DNA of 61,114 nucleotides, counting the filler, from Pseudobdellovibrionaceae bacterium (GTDB lineage Bacteria > Bdellovibrionota > Bdellovibrionia > Bdellovibrionales > UBA1609): the NCBI GenBank assembly GCA_030591685.1. It is 3 parts of 3 records of this genome, joined end to end, with 100 filler letters (N's around TTAATTAATTAA, not from the genome) between each part and the next. Parts side by side here need not be neighbours in the genome. Positions count along the whole stretch, not along the records: positions 16,774 to 48,322 come from JAUVAX010000030.1; positions 48,423 to 61,114 come from JAUVAX010000005.1; 1 more part is not named here. One strand, 5' to 3'. The position numbers and the translations under genes were made by a program. Below the pieces are notes generated by a model. That model worked only from the letters and a program-made list of their open reading frames with translations, did no database searches and was not told the DNA's origin. Each line of letters opens with the position of its first letter. The first letter of the stretch is position 1. Shown here one piece after another: positions 40,450-51,232 of this stretch.

Positions 40450-40839
40450 ATGGATACAGTTGCAGATTTTATAACTAGAATTAGAAACGCAGGCGCTGCT
40501 CGACACGAAAAAGTAGACGTCCCTAACTCGAACATTAGAGAAGGTGTGGCTAAAATACTTGAGCAATCAGGTTATATCCGCAGCTTTCGAGTCGCCAAAG
40601 ACGGCAAACAGGGCATTATGCGTGTGTACTTAAAATACACCGAGGGCGGAAAGCACGTTATTAAAAATTTAAGTCGCGTAAGTGGCCCCAGTAAAAGAGT
40701 TTATGTAAAAGCGGATGATGTGCCAAAAATTCGCTCAGGCTATGGTTTAGCCATATTAAGTACTAACAAAGGCGTAATTAGTGGCGAAGAGGCCCGTGAC
40801 CAAAATGTTGGTGGCGAAGTTCTTTGCAAAGTGTGGTAG
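40450..40839 (+). CDS. rpsH: 30S ribosomal protein S8
   Basis: DTVADFITRIRNA, LSTNKG, GGEVLCKVW. Confidence 0.97.
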   Translation: MDTVADFITRIRNAGAARHEKVDVPNSNIREGVAKILEQSGYIRSFRVAKDGKQGIMRVYLKYTEGGKHVIKNLSRVSGPSKRVYVKADDVPKIRSGYGLAILSTNKGVISGEEARDQNVGGEVLCKVW

Positions 40840-40845
40840 GTAAAT

Positions 40846-41385
40846 ATGTCAAGAATAGGTAGAGCACCCGTATTTTTAGATAAAAGTGTACAGGTCACAA
40901 TAACTCCAGAAAACGAAGTTATTGTAAAGGGCGCAAAGTTCACGCAAAACATTAAGCTCCAGTCGGTCATCACCGCTAAGGTTGAAGACGGCAAGGTCAT
41001 TATTACAAGGTCCAATGACGAGCCTAAATCAAGAGCTTTTCATGGTCTTTATCGCTCTTTAATACAAAATGCAGTGACGGGTGTTACAACCGGTTGGTCT
41101 AAAGAGCTTGAACTTAATGGTGTTGGTTACAGGGCGAGCGTTGCGGGTAAAACCCTAGAGCTCAACTTAGGGTATTCACACCCTATTAAGTTCCCAATCC
41201 CTACTGATATTGAAATAAAAGTAGATAAGCAAACAAAGTTAAGTGTTAAGGGCCCAAGCCGTGAGCTTGTTGGTCAAGTGGCGGCTACGATTCGTGGCTT
41301 TCGTGAACCTGAACCTTATTTAGGTAAAGGTGTTAAGTACGTTGGTGAACATATCAGGAAAAAAGCTGGTAAATCAGCTAAGTAA
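40846..41385 (+). CDS. rplF: 50S ribosomal protein L6
   Basis: MSRIG, GVGYRA, PEPYLGKG. Confidence 0.97.
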   Translation: MSRIGRAPVFLDKSVQVTITPENEVIVKGAKFTQNIKLQSVITAKVEDGKVIITRSNDEPKSRAFHGLYRSLIQNAVTGVTTGWSKELELNGVGYRASVAGKTLELNLGYSHPIKFPIPTDIEIKVDKQTKLSVKGPSRELVGQVAATIRGFREPEPYLGKGVKYVGEHIRKKAGKSAK

Positions 41386-41401
41386 AAAGTGAGGTAGTAA
41401 G

Positions 41402-41764
41402 GTGAGACTTAATTTTAACAAGAATACAGCCGTCCGAGTGAAAGCTCGTTTAAAAAACAAGGTACGTATTCGAAAAAAAGTAAAAGGGACCGCTGAAAGG
41501 CCTCGTTTTTCTGTATTTAGAAGCTCAAAGCATATATATGCTCAGCTTGTAGACGACGAAACGGGTACAACTTTAGTTTCTGCTTCCTCTCAGGGTAGTA
41601 AATCTAACTCAAGAGAGGTCGCTAAAAAAGTAGGCGAAGAAATCGCAAAAAAAGCAATGGCTAAAGATATTAGTGCTGTTGTTTTTGATCGAAGCGGCTA
41701 CATTTATCATGGTAAAATTAAATCTCTCGCTGATGGAGCAAGAGAAACTGGACTCAAGTTTTAA
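41402..41764 (+). CDS. rplR: 50S ribosomal protein L18
   Basis: RPRFSVFRS and [10 protein letters not shown]. Confidence 0.97.
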   Translation: MRLNFNKNTAVRVKARLKNKVRIRKKVKGTAERPRFSVFRSSKHIYAQLVDDETGTTLVSASSQGSKSNSREVAKKVGEEIAKKAMAKDISAVVFDRSGYIYHGKIKSLADGARETGLKF

Positions 41765-41777
41765 GGGGCAAATAAAC

Positions 41778-42251
41778 GTGGAAAAAAATCCTGAAGATTT
41801 TCAAGAAAGAGTTGTTTCAATCCGCAGAGTATCTAAAGTGGTCAAGGGTGGACGTCGGTTTTCATTCTCAGCACTTTTAGTTGTTGGTGATGGCCAGGGC
41901 CAGGTTGGTTTTGGTACAGGCAAAGCGGGTGAAGTACCTGAGGCTATTAATAAAGCCGCTCGTATTGCTAAAAAAGAGGTGAACAAAGTTGTTTTAAAAG
42001 AAAACAGAACAATCCCTCATGAGGTGGTTGGTGTTTATGGCGCTGCAAAAGTGGTGCTTGTGCCTGCGGCTCCTGGGACTGGCGTTATTGCCGGAGGCCC
42101 TGTTCGTGCGGTACTAGAGTCTGTTGGTGTTAAAGATATCTTAACAAAATGCGTGGGTACAAATAATCCACACAATGCTGTAAGGGCAACTATGCAAGGG
42201 TTGTCTCAGTTGGTTAATAAAAAAGTCGATGGAACTACACTCGAGGGTTAA
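41778..42251 (+). CDS. rpsE: 30S ribosomal protein S5
   Basis: [11 protein letters not shown] and [11 protein letters not shown] start 41778. Confidence 0.96.
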   Translation: MEKNPEDFQERVVSIRRVSKVVKGGRRFSFSALLVVGDGQGQVGFGTGKAGEVPEAINKAARIAKKEVNKVVLKENRTIPHEVVGVYGAAKVVLVPAAPGTGVIAGGPVRAVLESVGVKDILTKCVGTNNPHNAVRATMQGLSQLVNKKVDGTTLEG

Positions 42252-42252
42252 A

Positions 42253-42438
42253 ATGGCAAAAACATTTAAAGTAAAATTAAAGCGCAGTATGATTGGTAAA
42301 ACTCAACGGCAAAAAGATGCTGTTCGTTGCTTAGGATTAAGAAAGATTGGCCAAGAGGTCAGTGTTGTAGATAACCCTGCTACTCGCGGGCAAATCTTTA
42401 AAATCCAGCACATGCTAGATGTTAAAGTGGAGAAATAA
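42253..42438 (+). CDS. rpmD: 50S ribosomal protein L30
   Basis: LKRSMIG and LGLRKIGQ; synteny. Confidence 0.93.
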   Translation: MAKTFKVKLKRSMIGKTQRQKDAVRCLGLRKIGQEVSVVDNPATRGQIFKIQHMLDVKVEK

Positions 42439-42439
42439 A

Positions 42440-42874
42440 ATGAACTTACTAAGTAATTTAATACCCAAAAAGGGCTCTAAAAATACATCAAAAAGAGTCG
42501 GTCGCGGATTAGGCTCAGGCAAAGGCGGCACGGCAGCTAAAGGCCATAAGGGTCAAAAAGCAAGAAGTGGCGCCCCAATTAAACGTGGTTTTGAGGGTGG
42601 GCAAACCCCAATGGCCCGAAGACTACCGAAGTTTGGGTTTACTAATATTAAATTTAAAACAACCTATGACATTGTAAATTTAAAAGATTTAGCCCGAGTG
42701 ACTGGTGATATTAACCCAGAAACTCTAAAGGCTTCAGGGCTTGTAAACAGGGGCCCTGTTAAAATTTTAGGTGAAGGCGAGCTTAAGCAGGCCATTAATG
42801 TAAAGGCTCATAAGTTTAGTTCTTCTGCCAAAGCAGCTATCGAGGCTGCGGGCGGAAAGGTAGAGGTCATCTAA
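42440..42874 (+). CDS. rplO: 50S ribosomal protein L15
   Basis: RVGRGLGSGKG and FEGGQTP. Confidence 0.97.
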   Translation: MNLLSNLIPKKGSKNTSKRVGRGLGSGKGGTAAKGHKGQKARSGAPIKRGFEGGQTPMARRLPKFGFTNIKFKTTYDIVNLKDLARVTGDINPETLKASGLVNRGPVKILGEGELKQAINVKAHKFSSSAKAAIEAAGGKVEVI

Positions 42875-42876
42875 TA

Positions 42877-44199
42877 GTGGCAAAAGTTCCAGGTATATCC
42901 ATCCCGACTGATTTACGACGTAGAATATTTTTTACCTTAATGATTCTTGCTATTTTTAGAATGGGCGTGGCCGTGCCAACACCCGGTGTTGATGGCGAAG
43001 CTGTATTAGAGTTTTTTCAAGCTCAATCCGGTGGTATTTTTGGTATGTTTAACACCTTTACTGGTGGTGCCCTTGAAAAGTTCAGTGTTCTGGCTTTAGG
43101 TATCATGCCCTACATCTCTGCGAGTATTATATTTCAGCTCTTGCAGGCGGCAGTACCGTACCTAGAGCAGCTTAAAAAAGAGGGTGAGCCTGGTCGAAAA
43201 AAAATCAACCAATACACCCGTTACGCAACAATAGTATTAGCCCTTGTTCAGGGTTATGCCATGTCGAGCTTCTTTTTAACAGGCAGTAGCCCTAGTGGCC
43301 GAGCCTTAGTGAGTACTCCATTTTTTGGTCCAATCCCCTTTGAAATAATGACGACCTTAACTTTAACTGCCGGTACGTGTTTTATCATGTGGTTGGGTGA
43401 GCAAATCACCGAGCGTGGTATTGGTAACGGGGCAAGTTTAATTATTTTTGCTGGTATTGCGGCGGGTATCCCTAGTGGCACGATCAAGCTTGTGCAAATG
43501 ATTCAGCGAGGTGATATGAGCACCATCGTTGGTATGATGTTAGTTTTAGGCATGGTCGCTATTGTGGGTGCGATTGTATTTGTTGAGGTGGCTCAAAGGC
43601 GTATCACCATTCAGCATGCCAATAGGGGCCAGGGTAAGCAGTCTATGTCGGCTCAAACCAGTCACTTACCGCTAAAGGTTAACTTTGCAGGTGTGATCCC
43701 CCCGATTTTTGCATCGAGTTTATTAATGTTTCCGGCAACGATCACTCAATTTACGGATATACCTATATTAAAAAGCATGCAGTCGTTACTAGCTCCTGGG
43801 AGCGCCATTTATAACGTAATGTTTGTGGGTTTAATTGTGTTCTTTTGTTTCTTTTATACTGAAATTCAATTTAACCCTACTGAAGTGTCTGATAATTTAA
43901 AAAAATACGGTAGTTTTATCCCTGGTATTCGTGCCGGCCGAAGCACTGCTGAGTACATTAAAAGAGTTCTCGACCGCATTACAGTGGGTGGGTCTATTTA
44001 TTTAAGTTTAGTTTGTATATTACCTCAGCTTTTAACAGCAGAGATGCGGCTGCCCTTTTATTTCGGCGGCACAAGTTTGCTGATCTTAGTGGGTGTGGCT
44101 ATAGATACGACTCAGCAAATTCAATCCCACATGATCACCGCTCGTTACGACGGCTCAATGGGTAATGTAAAAGTAAAAAGCAGAAGGGTGAAATATTGA
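42877..44199 (+). CDS. secY: Preprotein translocase subunit SecY
   Basis: LGIMPYISASII, GIGNGASL, GGTSLLI. Confidence 0.98.
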   Translation: MAKVPGISIPTDLRRRIFFTLMILAIFRMGVAVPTPGVDGEAVLEFFQAQSGGIFGMFNTFTGGALEKFSVLALGIMPYISASIIFQLLQAAVPYLEQLKKEGEPGRKKINQYTRYATIVLALVQGYAMSSFFLTGSSPSGRALVSTPFFGPIPFEIMTTLTLTAGTCFIMWLGEQITERGIGNGASLIIFAGIAAGIPSGTIKLVQMIQRGDMSTIVGMMLVLGMVAIVGAIVFVEVAQRRITIQHANRGQGKQSMSAQTSHLPLKVNFAGVIPPIFASSLLMFPATITQFTDIPILKSMQSLLAPGSAIYNVMFVGLIVFFCFFYTEIQFNPTEVSDNLKKYGSFIPGIRAGRSTAEYIKRVLDRITVGGSIYLSLVCILPQLLTAEMRLPFYFGGTSLLILVGVAIDTTQQIQSHMITARYDGSMGNVKVKSRRVKY

Positions 44200-44837
44200 A
44201 CCTTATATTATTTGGATCCCCTGGTGTCGGCAAAGGCACACAGTCCACGCTTTTAGTTGAAAACTTTGATATGCGCCACATAAGTACTGGTGACTTATTT
44301 AGAAAGCACATCAAAGACGAAACCTTGTTGGGTCAAAAAGCCAAAACTCTTATGGATAAGGGTGACCTCGTGCCTGATGAAATAGTCATCGGCATGGTAG
44401 ATGATGTTTTAAAAAACCTTAACGGGCAGAGCTTTATACTTGATGGCTTCCCAAGAACAGTGCCCCAGGCAGAGTCTTTGGGTGGAATTTTAAAAAAACA
44501 TGGGCTTGAGGTTAAAAAGGTTATTTCCTTTCAGGTCCCTGAAGAAGAGCTCATAGTGCGCTTAACAGGTCGTAGAGTTTGCGGCGGATGCGGTGCTGTT
44601 TACCATATCCAGGCCAAGCCCACTAAGGTAGACGGCGTTTGTGATGTTTGCGGAAATGATGTGTCGCAACGAAAAGATGACTCTATGGATGTTGTAAAAA
44701 AGAGGCTTGAAGTTTACGAGACCTCTACACAGCCCGTAAAAGAGTTTTATGAGGAGTTGGGTCAACTTATAGAGGTTGATGGAACAGGCAAAACAAGAGA
44801 GGTTTTTGAGAGGGTTCAAAAGCATATAAAAAGCTAG
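44196..44837 (+). CDS. adk: Adenylate kinase (Zn-binding LID)
   Basis: GSPGVGKGTQ, LDGFPR, CxxC...CxxC LID. Confidence 0.97.
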   Translation: MNLILFGSPGVGKGTQSTLLVENFDMRHISTGDLFRKHIKDETLLGQKAKTLMDKGDLVPDEIVIGMVDDVLKNLNGQSFILDGFPRTVPQAESLGGILKKHGLEVKKVISFQVPEEELIVRLTGRRVCGGCGAVYHIQAKPTKVDGVCDVCGNDVSQRKDDSMDVVKKRLEVYETSTQPVKEFYEELGQLIEVDGTGKTREVFERVQKHIKS

Positions 44838-44844
44838 AATTACC

Positions 44845-44873
44845 TGGACTTAGGTGTTTTGCAATGATAAATT
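44845..44873 (+). promoter_or_regulatory. Putative sigma70 promoter for rpmJ-alpha operon
   Basis: TGGACT-N17-TAAATT with extended -10 TG. Confidence 0.5.
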
Positions 44874-44966
44874 TTCGAACCTTACAGGTATGCATTGTTT
44901 TTAAGCGATTATTGTTTTTAAGATTTACTAGTAATATTAAGCATTTAAAGGTTAAAGGGTTTTAAA

Positions 44967-45080
44967 ATGAAGGTGAGACCATCAGTAAAAAAGATTTGCA
45001 ACAAGTGCAAAGTGGTTAAAAGAAAAGGCGTTATTCGCGTAATTTGTGAAAACCCTAAACATAAACAAAGGCAAGGGTAG
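44967..45080 (+). CDS. rpmJ: 50S ribosomal protein L36 (Zn-binding form; missing from ORF track)
   Basis: Translates [37 protein letters not shown]. Confidence 0.97.
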   Translation: MKVRPSVKKICNKCKVVKRKGVIRVICENPKHKQRQG

Positions 45081-45082
45081 TA

Positions 45083-45454
45083 ATGGCTCGTATTGCAGGC
45101 GTAGATTTACCAAGAAACAAAAGAATGAAAATTGCTTTAACTTATGTGTTTGGCATTGGCCGTACTTCGGCTAATAAAATCTGTGAAAAAGCAGGTTTCA
45201 GTGACACCTTAAGAACAGACGACTTAACTGATGAGCAAATGGCAAACTTGCGCACAGTTTTAGACGACTATAAAGTTGAAGGTGACCTAAGGCGTGAAGT
45301 AGGTCTTTCAATTAAAAGATTAATGGATTTAGGGTGCTATAGAGGCATTCGTCATCGAAGAGGACTCCCTGTAAGAGGGCAAAGTACACGACAAAACGCG
45401 CGTACTCGTAAAGGTCCAAAAAGAACTGTAGCTGGTAAGAAAAAAGCTGTTTAA
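45083..45454 (+). CDS. rpsM: 30S ribosomal protein S13
   Basis: [10 protein letters not shown] and [14 protein letters not shown]. Confidence 0.98.
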   Translation: MARIAGVDLPRNKRMKIALTYVFGIGRTSANKICEKAGFSDTLRTDDLTDEQMANLRTVLDDYKVEGDLRREVGLSIKRLMDLGCYRGIRHRRGLPVRGQSTRQNARTRKGPKRTVAGKKKAV

Positions 45455-45473
45455 CCTTTGAGGAAACAATAAC

Positions 45474-45863
45474 ATGGCCGGAAAAAAGCAATCGACAAAA
45501 AGAAAAATTAAAAAAAATATCCCCCATGGCCGTTGCTATGTGCAAGCGGGCTTTGGTAATACCATTGTCACTATGACAGACCCTTCAGGTGGGACTGTTT
45601 GCTGGTCATCAGCTGGGTTTTTAGGTTTTAAGGGCAGTCGTAAGGGCACACCTTTTGCGGCTCAAATGGCGGCTGAAGATGCAGCTAAAAAAGCTCAAGA
45701 CCAAGGCATGAAGTCTGTAGACGTATTTTTAACAGGCCCCGGTGCTGGCCGCGAACCGGCTGTAAGAGCCGTTGCTGCTGCTGGTTTAAGTGTTTCATCT
45801 ATGAGGGACGTAACACCCATCCCTCATAATGGATGCCGACCACCTAAAAGAAGAAGAATATAA
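45474..45863 (+). CDS. rpsK: 30S ribosomal protein S11
   Basis: [14 protein letters not shown] and [14 protein letters not shown]. Confidence 0.98.
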   Translation: MAGKKQSTKRKIKKNIPHGRCYVQAGFGNTIVTMTDPSGGTVCWSSAGFLGFKGSRKGTPFAAQMAAEDAAKKAQDQGMKSVDVFLTGPGAGREPAVRAVAAAGLSVSSMRDVTPIPHNGCRPPKRRRI

Positions 45864-45924
45864 AAAGAAGATAAATATAGTTTTTTTGTTTTAACATTTT
45901 TTTATACCTAAAGAGGAGTTTGCT

Positions 45925-46998
45925 TTGTCTGAAATAAATATTCAACAGCACTATTACAAGTTTTGGCGTGAACTAATTAGACCGAAGGGTTTTGAAGTTG
46001 ATAAAGATTCTTTAACAGACAGCTATGGTAAGTTCTCCATTCGTCCCCTTGAAAAGGGCTTTGGTTTAACTTTGGGTAACTCCTTAAGACGAGTTTTATT
46101 AAGCTCTATGATGGGCTCAGCTGTTACTGCAGCTAAATTTGAGGGCGTACTTCATGAGTTCAGTACTATTCAAGGTGTACTTGAAGATGTAACTGACATC
46201 ATCCTCAACCTTAAAGAGGTTCGTTTTAAACAATACGACCCTGAACCTAAAACTTTACGTATTCACAAAACCGACTCAGGTGTTGTGACAGCCGCTGACA
46301 TCCAGTGCACAGACGCTATTGAGGTTTTAAACCCCGAGCAGCATCTTGCCACTTTGGGTAAAGACGGTAGTTTCGATGCTGAGATCATTGTATCTTTTGG
46401 TCGTGGTTACGAAGAAGCTGAAAACCACAGAGACGAGCTCCCTGTTGGCTTTATCTCAGTTGATTCACTGTTTAGCCCCATCAGACGTGTTAACTACTCT
46501 GTGAGCAACGCTCGTGTGGGTCAAAGAACAGACTACGATGCCCTAACTCTAGAGGTATGGACTGATGCTTCACTTAAAGCTGAAGAGTCTATAGCACTGG
46601 CTTCTAAAATCTTAAAAGAGCAATTACAAATCTTTTTAACTTTTGACGAAGACATTGAGCCCGACGAAGAAGAAAAATCAGAAGGCCAACCTACATTAAA
46701 CGAAAACCTTTATCGTTCAGTGGACGATTTAGAGCTTTCTGTACGTAGTGCAAACTGTTTAAAAAATGCAAACATTCGTTTTATTGGTGAGTTAGTGACT
46801 CGTTCAGAGTCTGAAATGCTTAAGACTAAAAACTTTGGTCGTAAGTCGTTAAACGAAATTAAAGAAATTTTAAGTAGAATGGGCTTATCTTTAGGTATGT
46901 TAATTGAAGGATGGCCGCCTCCAGGTTGGGACCCAAATAATCCCATCCGACCGGCAGCTATTGCTCAGGCTACCCCTGAAACAAATAACCCTCAGTAA
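45925..46998 (+). CDS. rpoA: RNA polymerase alpha subunit
   Basis: [21 protein letters not shown] and [12 protein letters not shown] start after GAGGAG. Confidence 0.98.
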   Translation: MSEINIQQHYYKFWRELIRPKGFEVDKDSLTDSYGKFSIRPLEKGFGLTLGNSLRRVLLSSMMGSAVTAAKFEGVLHEFSTIQGVLEDVTDIILNLKEVRFKQYDPEPKTLRIHKTDSGVVTAADIQCTDAIEVLNPEQHLATLGKDGSFDAEIIVSFGRGYEEAENHRDELPVGFISVDSLFSPIRRVNYSVSNARVGQRTDYDALTLEVWTDASLKAEESIALASKILKEQLQIFLTFDEDIEPDEEEKSEGQPTLNENLYRSVDDLELSVRSANCLKNANIRFIGELVTRSESEMLKTKNFGRKSLNEIKEILSRMGLSLGMLIEGWPPPGWDPNNPIRPAAIAQATPETNNPQ

Positions 46999-47023
46999 GT
47001 TTTTAAACGTGTTGGAGTAAAAA

Positions 47024-47512
47024 ATGAGACACAAGGTTGTAAAGCATAGTTTTGGACGCAAGCCGGGCCCCCGTAAGGCCCTGATCCGTGGTTTAGTAGA
47101 CGCTTTAGTTGAGCATGGTCGTATTAAGACCACCGTGCCTAAGGCTAAAGAGCTACGTCGCCACGTAGAAAAAGCTGTCACTAAGGGTAAAAACGACACG
47201 CCTAATGCAAGGCGAGTATTGTTGTCAAAATACCCCAATCAAAAAACCGTTAAGAGCATAATTGAAAACATCGGCCCACGTTTTAAAGACCGTACTGGCG
47301 GGTACACTCGCATTATAAAGTTAGGTCCAAGACAGGGTGACTGTGCTGACATGGCTTATATTGAGTTTGTTGACTACGAACGGCCTGATCTTAGCCAAGA
47401 AGAGCGCGAGCAAAAATTAGCCGCTCAAGAGAGAGTTGCCGCTAAAAGAAAGGCCAGTCACAGAAGAAGTGTTCGCAACATTCAAAACGACTCTAGAAAA
47501 ATAAACCGATAA
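47024..47512 (+). CDS. rplQ: 50S ribosomal protein L17 with C-terminal extension
   Basis: MRH, IKTTVPKAKE, GGYTRIIK. Confidence 0.97.
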   Translation: MRHKVVKHSFGRKPGPRKALIRGLVDALVEHGRIKTTVPKAKELRRHVEKAVTKGKNDTPNARRVLLSKYPNQKTVKSIIENIGPRFKDRTGGYTRIIKLGPRQGDCADMAYIEFVDYERPDLSQEEREQKLAAQERVAAKRKASHRRSVRNIQNDSRKINR

Positions 47513-47540
47513 TTTTTTTAAAAAAATTTCAATCAAGCAA

Positions 47541-47571
47541 AAAGGGCGCTCTATTTTAGCGCCCTTTTTTT
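47541..47571 (+). terminator. Intrinsic terminator after rplQ
   Basis: AAAGGGCGCT/AGCGCCCTTT hairpin plus T tract. Confidence 0.85.
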
Positions 47572-47668
47572 ATGGGTACACGGTTTTTTTAAGTACATTT
47601 TCTTAAAGGGGCGCCTTTATGCAAAAGTGGTTCTATAACCCCTTAGTGGTGTGGTAGGGTGAGCCTTA

Positions 47669-48241
47669 ATGAAAAACATTAAATTAACTCTACTCGTATT
47701 TTTATTTTTATCCTCTTGTTTGTGGGTGTTTTTATACTTCACCGCTCCTGAAAACAAGGGGACCTTGCCCCCCGCAACGGCGAACCTCGTTAATGACCTT
47801 GAAACAAAGGGCGCTTTTGATTTTGAATCTAAAGACATATATGGCAAAACCTTTAAGCTCTCCGATTATAAAGGTAAGGTGATTATACTTAACTTTTGGG
47901 CTTCATGGTGCGAGCCCTGTGTTGAGGAGATCCCCTCTCTCCTTAGGGTCATCGAGCACTTTAAGGGTGAAGTAATACTGGTCGCCATATCTGCCGACTA
48001 CACGTTGGTGGAGTTAAATAAGTTTTTAAAAGTTTTTAAAGCTAAAAGCCCTTATTTAAAAGTGGCTTGGGATAACGAAAAATTAATTTCTAAAAAATAT
48101 ATGGTAGAGGCTTTACCGGAGTCTTTTATTATCGGTAAAGATTTTAAATTAGCCCGCAAAGTCCCTGGCAGTGAAAACTGGGCTACTAAAAACGCTCTTC
48201 TTTTTTTTAAAGACCTTGTAGACCGTGTAGTGCCTGAGTAA
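47669..48241 (+). CDS. TlpA/ResA-family thiol-disulfide reductase
   Basis: N-terminal TM and LNFWASWCEPC. Confidence 0.88.
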   Translation: MKNIKLTLLVFLFLSSCLWVFLYFTAPENKGTLPPATANLVNDLETKGAFDFESKDIYGKTFKLSDYKGKVIILNFWASWCEPCVEEIPSLLRVIEHFKGEVILVAISADYTLVELNKFLKVFKAKSPYLKVAWDNEKLISKKYMVEALPESFIIGKDFKLARKVPGSENWATKNALLFFKDLVDRVVPE

Positions 48242-48246
48242 GAATA

Positions 48247-48322
48247 ACTAAATACTAAATACTAAATACTAAATACTAAATACTAAATACTAAATACTAA
48301 ATACTAAATACTAAATACTAAA
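48247..48322. repeat. Heptamer tandem repeat (ACTAAAT)n, at least 10.9 units, running into the contig end
   Basis: Perfect repeats seen directly. Confidence 0.95.
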
Positions 48323-48422
48323 NNNNNNNNNNNNNNNNNNNNNNNNNNNNNNNNNNNNNNNNNNNNTTAATTAATTAANNNNNNNNNNNNNNNNNNNNNN
48401 NNNNNNNNNNNNNNNNNNNNNN
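48323..48422. other. Artificial contig linker
   Basis: 44 N + TTAATTAATTAA + 44 N. Confidence 0.95.
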
Positions 48423-51221
48423 ACCATTTGCCCCCACACTGGCTGCCACTAAGTGGTTTTTAGTCTGGAACAATGACACCCGCTTGTCAGGCCACTTGTA
48501 ACTAGCAAGGTAACCTAAGATATGGTCATTTTTGTCCTCATAGTTGATTATATATGAACTCTCTAGGCCCTGTTGATCTACATTAGAAACTCGAATACTT
48601 GTAGAGCCAAAAAATCCAACCATGGACACCTCGGAGTGTCTCTGTGGTTCAGGCGTGATAATTGTTTTTAGTTGGTGCCCCTCATACCTTTGCCCACTGG
48701 TATCAAAGGGGGATATTTGAAAGTCTCTACTCTTGAGGCTCTCTGAATTTAATGTCAGTTTATAATAGGACTTGCTAAACCCCTCGCCCACTGAGAGTAA
48801 AATATCTATAGAATTAGTGTCACTACCGGAAATAATATGTATGGGCTCTATACTGCCTCTGTGGCTTAAATTATATTTTTTAATCAATAGGTCTTTAAAA
48901 TCAAACCTATTAAATACCCGAGTTACGAACTTAACTAGAGAATTATCAAAAACGGGCTCTAAATAATAAATATTTTTAAATTTACTATGGCCCTCATTTT
49001 CAAAATCATTAGGGTTTTGATCTGCCAAGGGAATGCGACCATTTTTTAGAAATACCGGCACTAATACCTCACCGAGCTTGCTAAAATTATATTTCACAAA
49101 ATGCATATCATTAACAGGGAGTATGACAACCTCTGGCTCAAACTTCCAAAAAGATAAGTCACCAAACAGTGGCTCGAGTTTGTCGTTAAAATACGAATAC
49201 TGAATCCAACGAGTCTCTGCCTTATGTATAGACCTCACCCAATAATCAAGGCTTCCATCAAGGTTCACGTCGACTCTGTAAACATTAAGTATATCCTGGG
49301 CGTTATTTAAAAAAATACTATTTATGTATTTATAATAATTATTTACTATTTTGTAAATTTTAATTTCATACTGCCCGTTCTCTAGCTTTCGCTTTATATA
49401 GAAATGAGGGAATTCCATTTTATTAGAGTTTATAGTTTTAATCGTTCTGAATAAATTAATGTTTTCATTATCGATATCATAAATTTTCAAATTTATTTTT
49501 TCAGCGCTTTCTAAACTCATAGACAATCTAAGACTATGACTAAACACCCTCGTTTGAGTGTTTGTCTTCACTTTGACATTGATTTTAACAACAGACTCTG
49601 AGCCTATGTCTGTCACTCTCCCCTTAAAGGTTAACATTTGCTCTTGATTCGAGTTGAGTACTAATTCTTGATGAGCTTTAATAAATTGAAAATTAGAGTC
49701 ATTAGTACTGACCGTGACTTCGACATGCTCCTTAAGAGAACCTAAATTTTGAACAGGCAGGCTTACAATAAACCCTCTATCCTGAGAATTAACTCTAACG
49801 GGGGCAAAGTCTTTAAAACTAATTTGAACGAGCGCTGGGTCGTTTGCCACAAGTGCTTTGTCAAAGCGTATAAGTCCATATTGAAAATTTTTATTTTCAC
49901 TTTTAACAGGAGCTGTTGTTGAAAAAATTCTTGCCTTAACAGTAAAGTTATTTTTAACTCCTAATCCCTTTAAAATCCCTGCCAGTGCAGAAACAAAAGG
50001 AGCCGCCTGGCTGGTCCCATTTTTGACTTCGTACCCTTGAACTGAAAAGTGCAATGGCTCCTCAACTTCTGGGTACAAGCTAAGTATATTATCCCCAGGT
50101 GCCAGCACATCAACATGACCGCCAAAATTTGAAAACTCACTCACTTGCCCGTCTAGGTTAATAGACCCTACACAAATAACAGAGGCATATGCGCAAGGAT
50201 ATATTTGCTGGTCATTGTTATTGTTACCGGCCGCAGCGACGACGATAATATTTTGCCTCTCCGCCTCAGCAAATGATTCTCGTAAAAACTGACTATCAAC
50301 CCCCCGGGGCCATCCAAGGCTTAAGTGTATGACATCAACCTTCATTTTAATCGCGTACAAAACACCCTTTGCGACTCGATCAGCCAACCCTAGTGCGACT
50401 TTTGATTTTTTACCTTCACTTTTATGAAGAACTTTTATAGGCAATATTTTTATTTTATTTGATATACCACTAATACCAACATGATTACCGGTTTGTGCGG
50501 CAATAAGGCCCGCAACATGTGTGCCGTGCCCAATACGATCAGACACTCTGTTGTTACCCTCTTCGCTTTTTGCAGTAAAGTTCCAGCCCTTACAGTCACC
50601 AAGGTAGCCGTTATTATCTTTATCCTCTTTAGGCTTTGTAGGGACACGTCCATCCGTTTTACACTCTTGTTCGTTTTTATATATATTTTCCCTTATGTCG
50701 GGATGATTAATATCAACCCCACTATCAAGAACAGCAATGGTCACGTTTCTTTTTAATTTTTCGTTTATTATTTGAGCGGCCTCTTTTAAGCCTAAGTCCA
50801 TCCCTAGCCTACTTTCAAGCCTTTTTAGGTGGATGTCATCAATGTCCTTAAATACAACTTGACCGCTATTATCTAGAGCCCATTGGTAATTATAGAAAGG
50901 GTCGTTATATGTCGGTATTTTTTTTGACGGCACAATGCTCAGGGCCTTCACTCCTCTGGACTGCTCTATACTGCTAACAAAACTAAGGTTTGAAATTTTA
51001 ACAAGCCTCTCTATAGTCAACTCATTAGAGTTTAATTTATAAAGCCTCTTAAAGTAAACAGATGGGTAAGTGTCAAATAGGTAAACACTCTTTGCCCCTG
51101 AGAGCTCTTTCACCTCTGCTATCTGTACGGATGTAGGGGCTGAGTTGAACTCTATCAGGTAACTCACCTCGCTAGCGAAAAGTTTTACGCTTGATAACAA
51201 AATAATTAAAAAATACTTCAT
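48423..51221 (-). CDS. Secreted S8 (subtilisin-like) serine protease with long C-terminal extension; 3' end truncated by gap
   Basis: Signal peptide; VLDSGVD, HGTHVAG, AAAGN, GTSQAAP. Confidence 0.9.
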
Positions 51222-51232
51222 TTTTTTACCCT

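Noticed and set aside
17599..47238. Numerous antisense or alternate-frame ORFs over tuf, rpoBC, fusA and ribosomal protein genes (e.g. 32810-33412 minus)
   Set aside because: They are shadow ORFs of highly conserved genes with no motifs or SD of their own.
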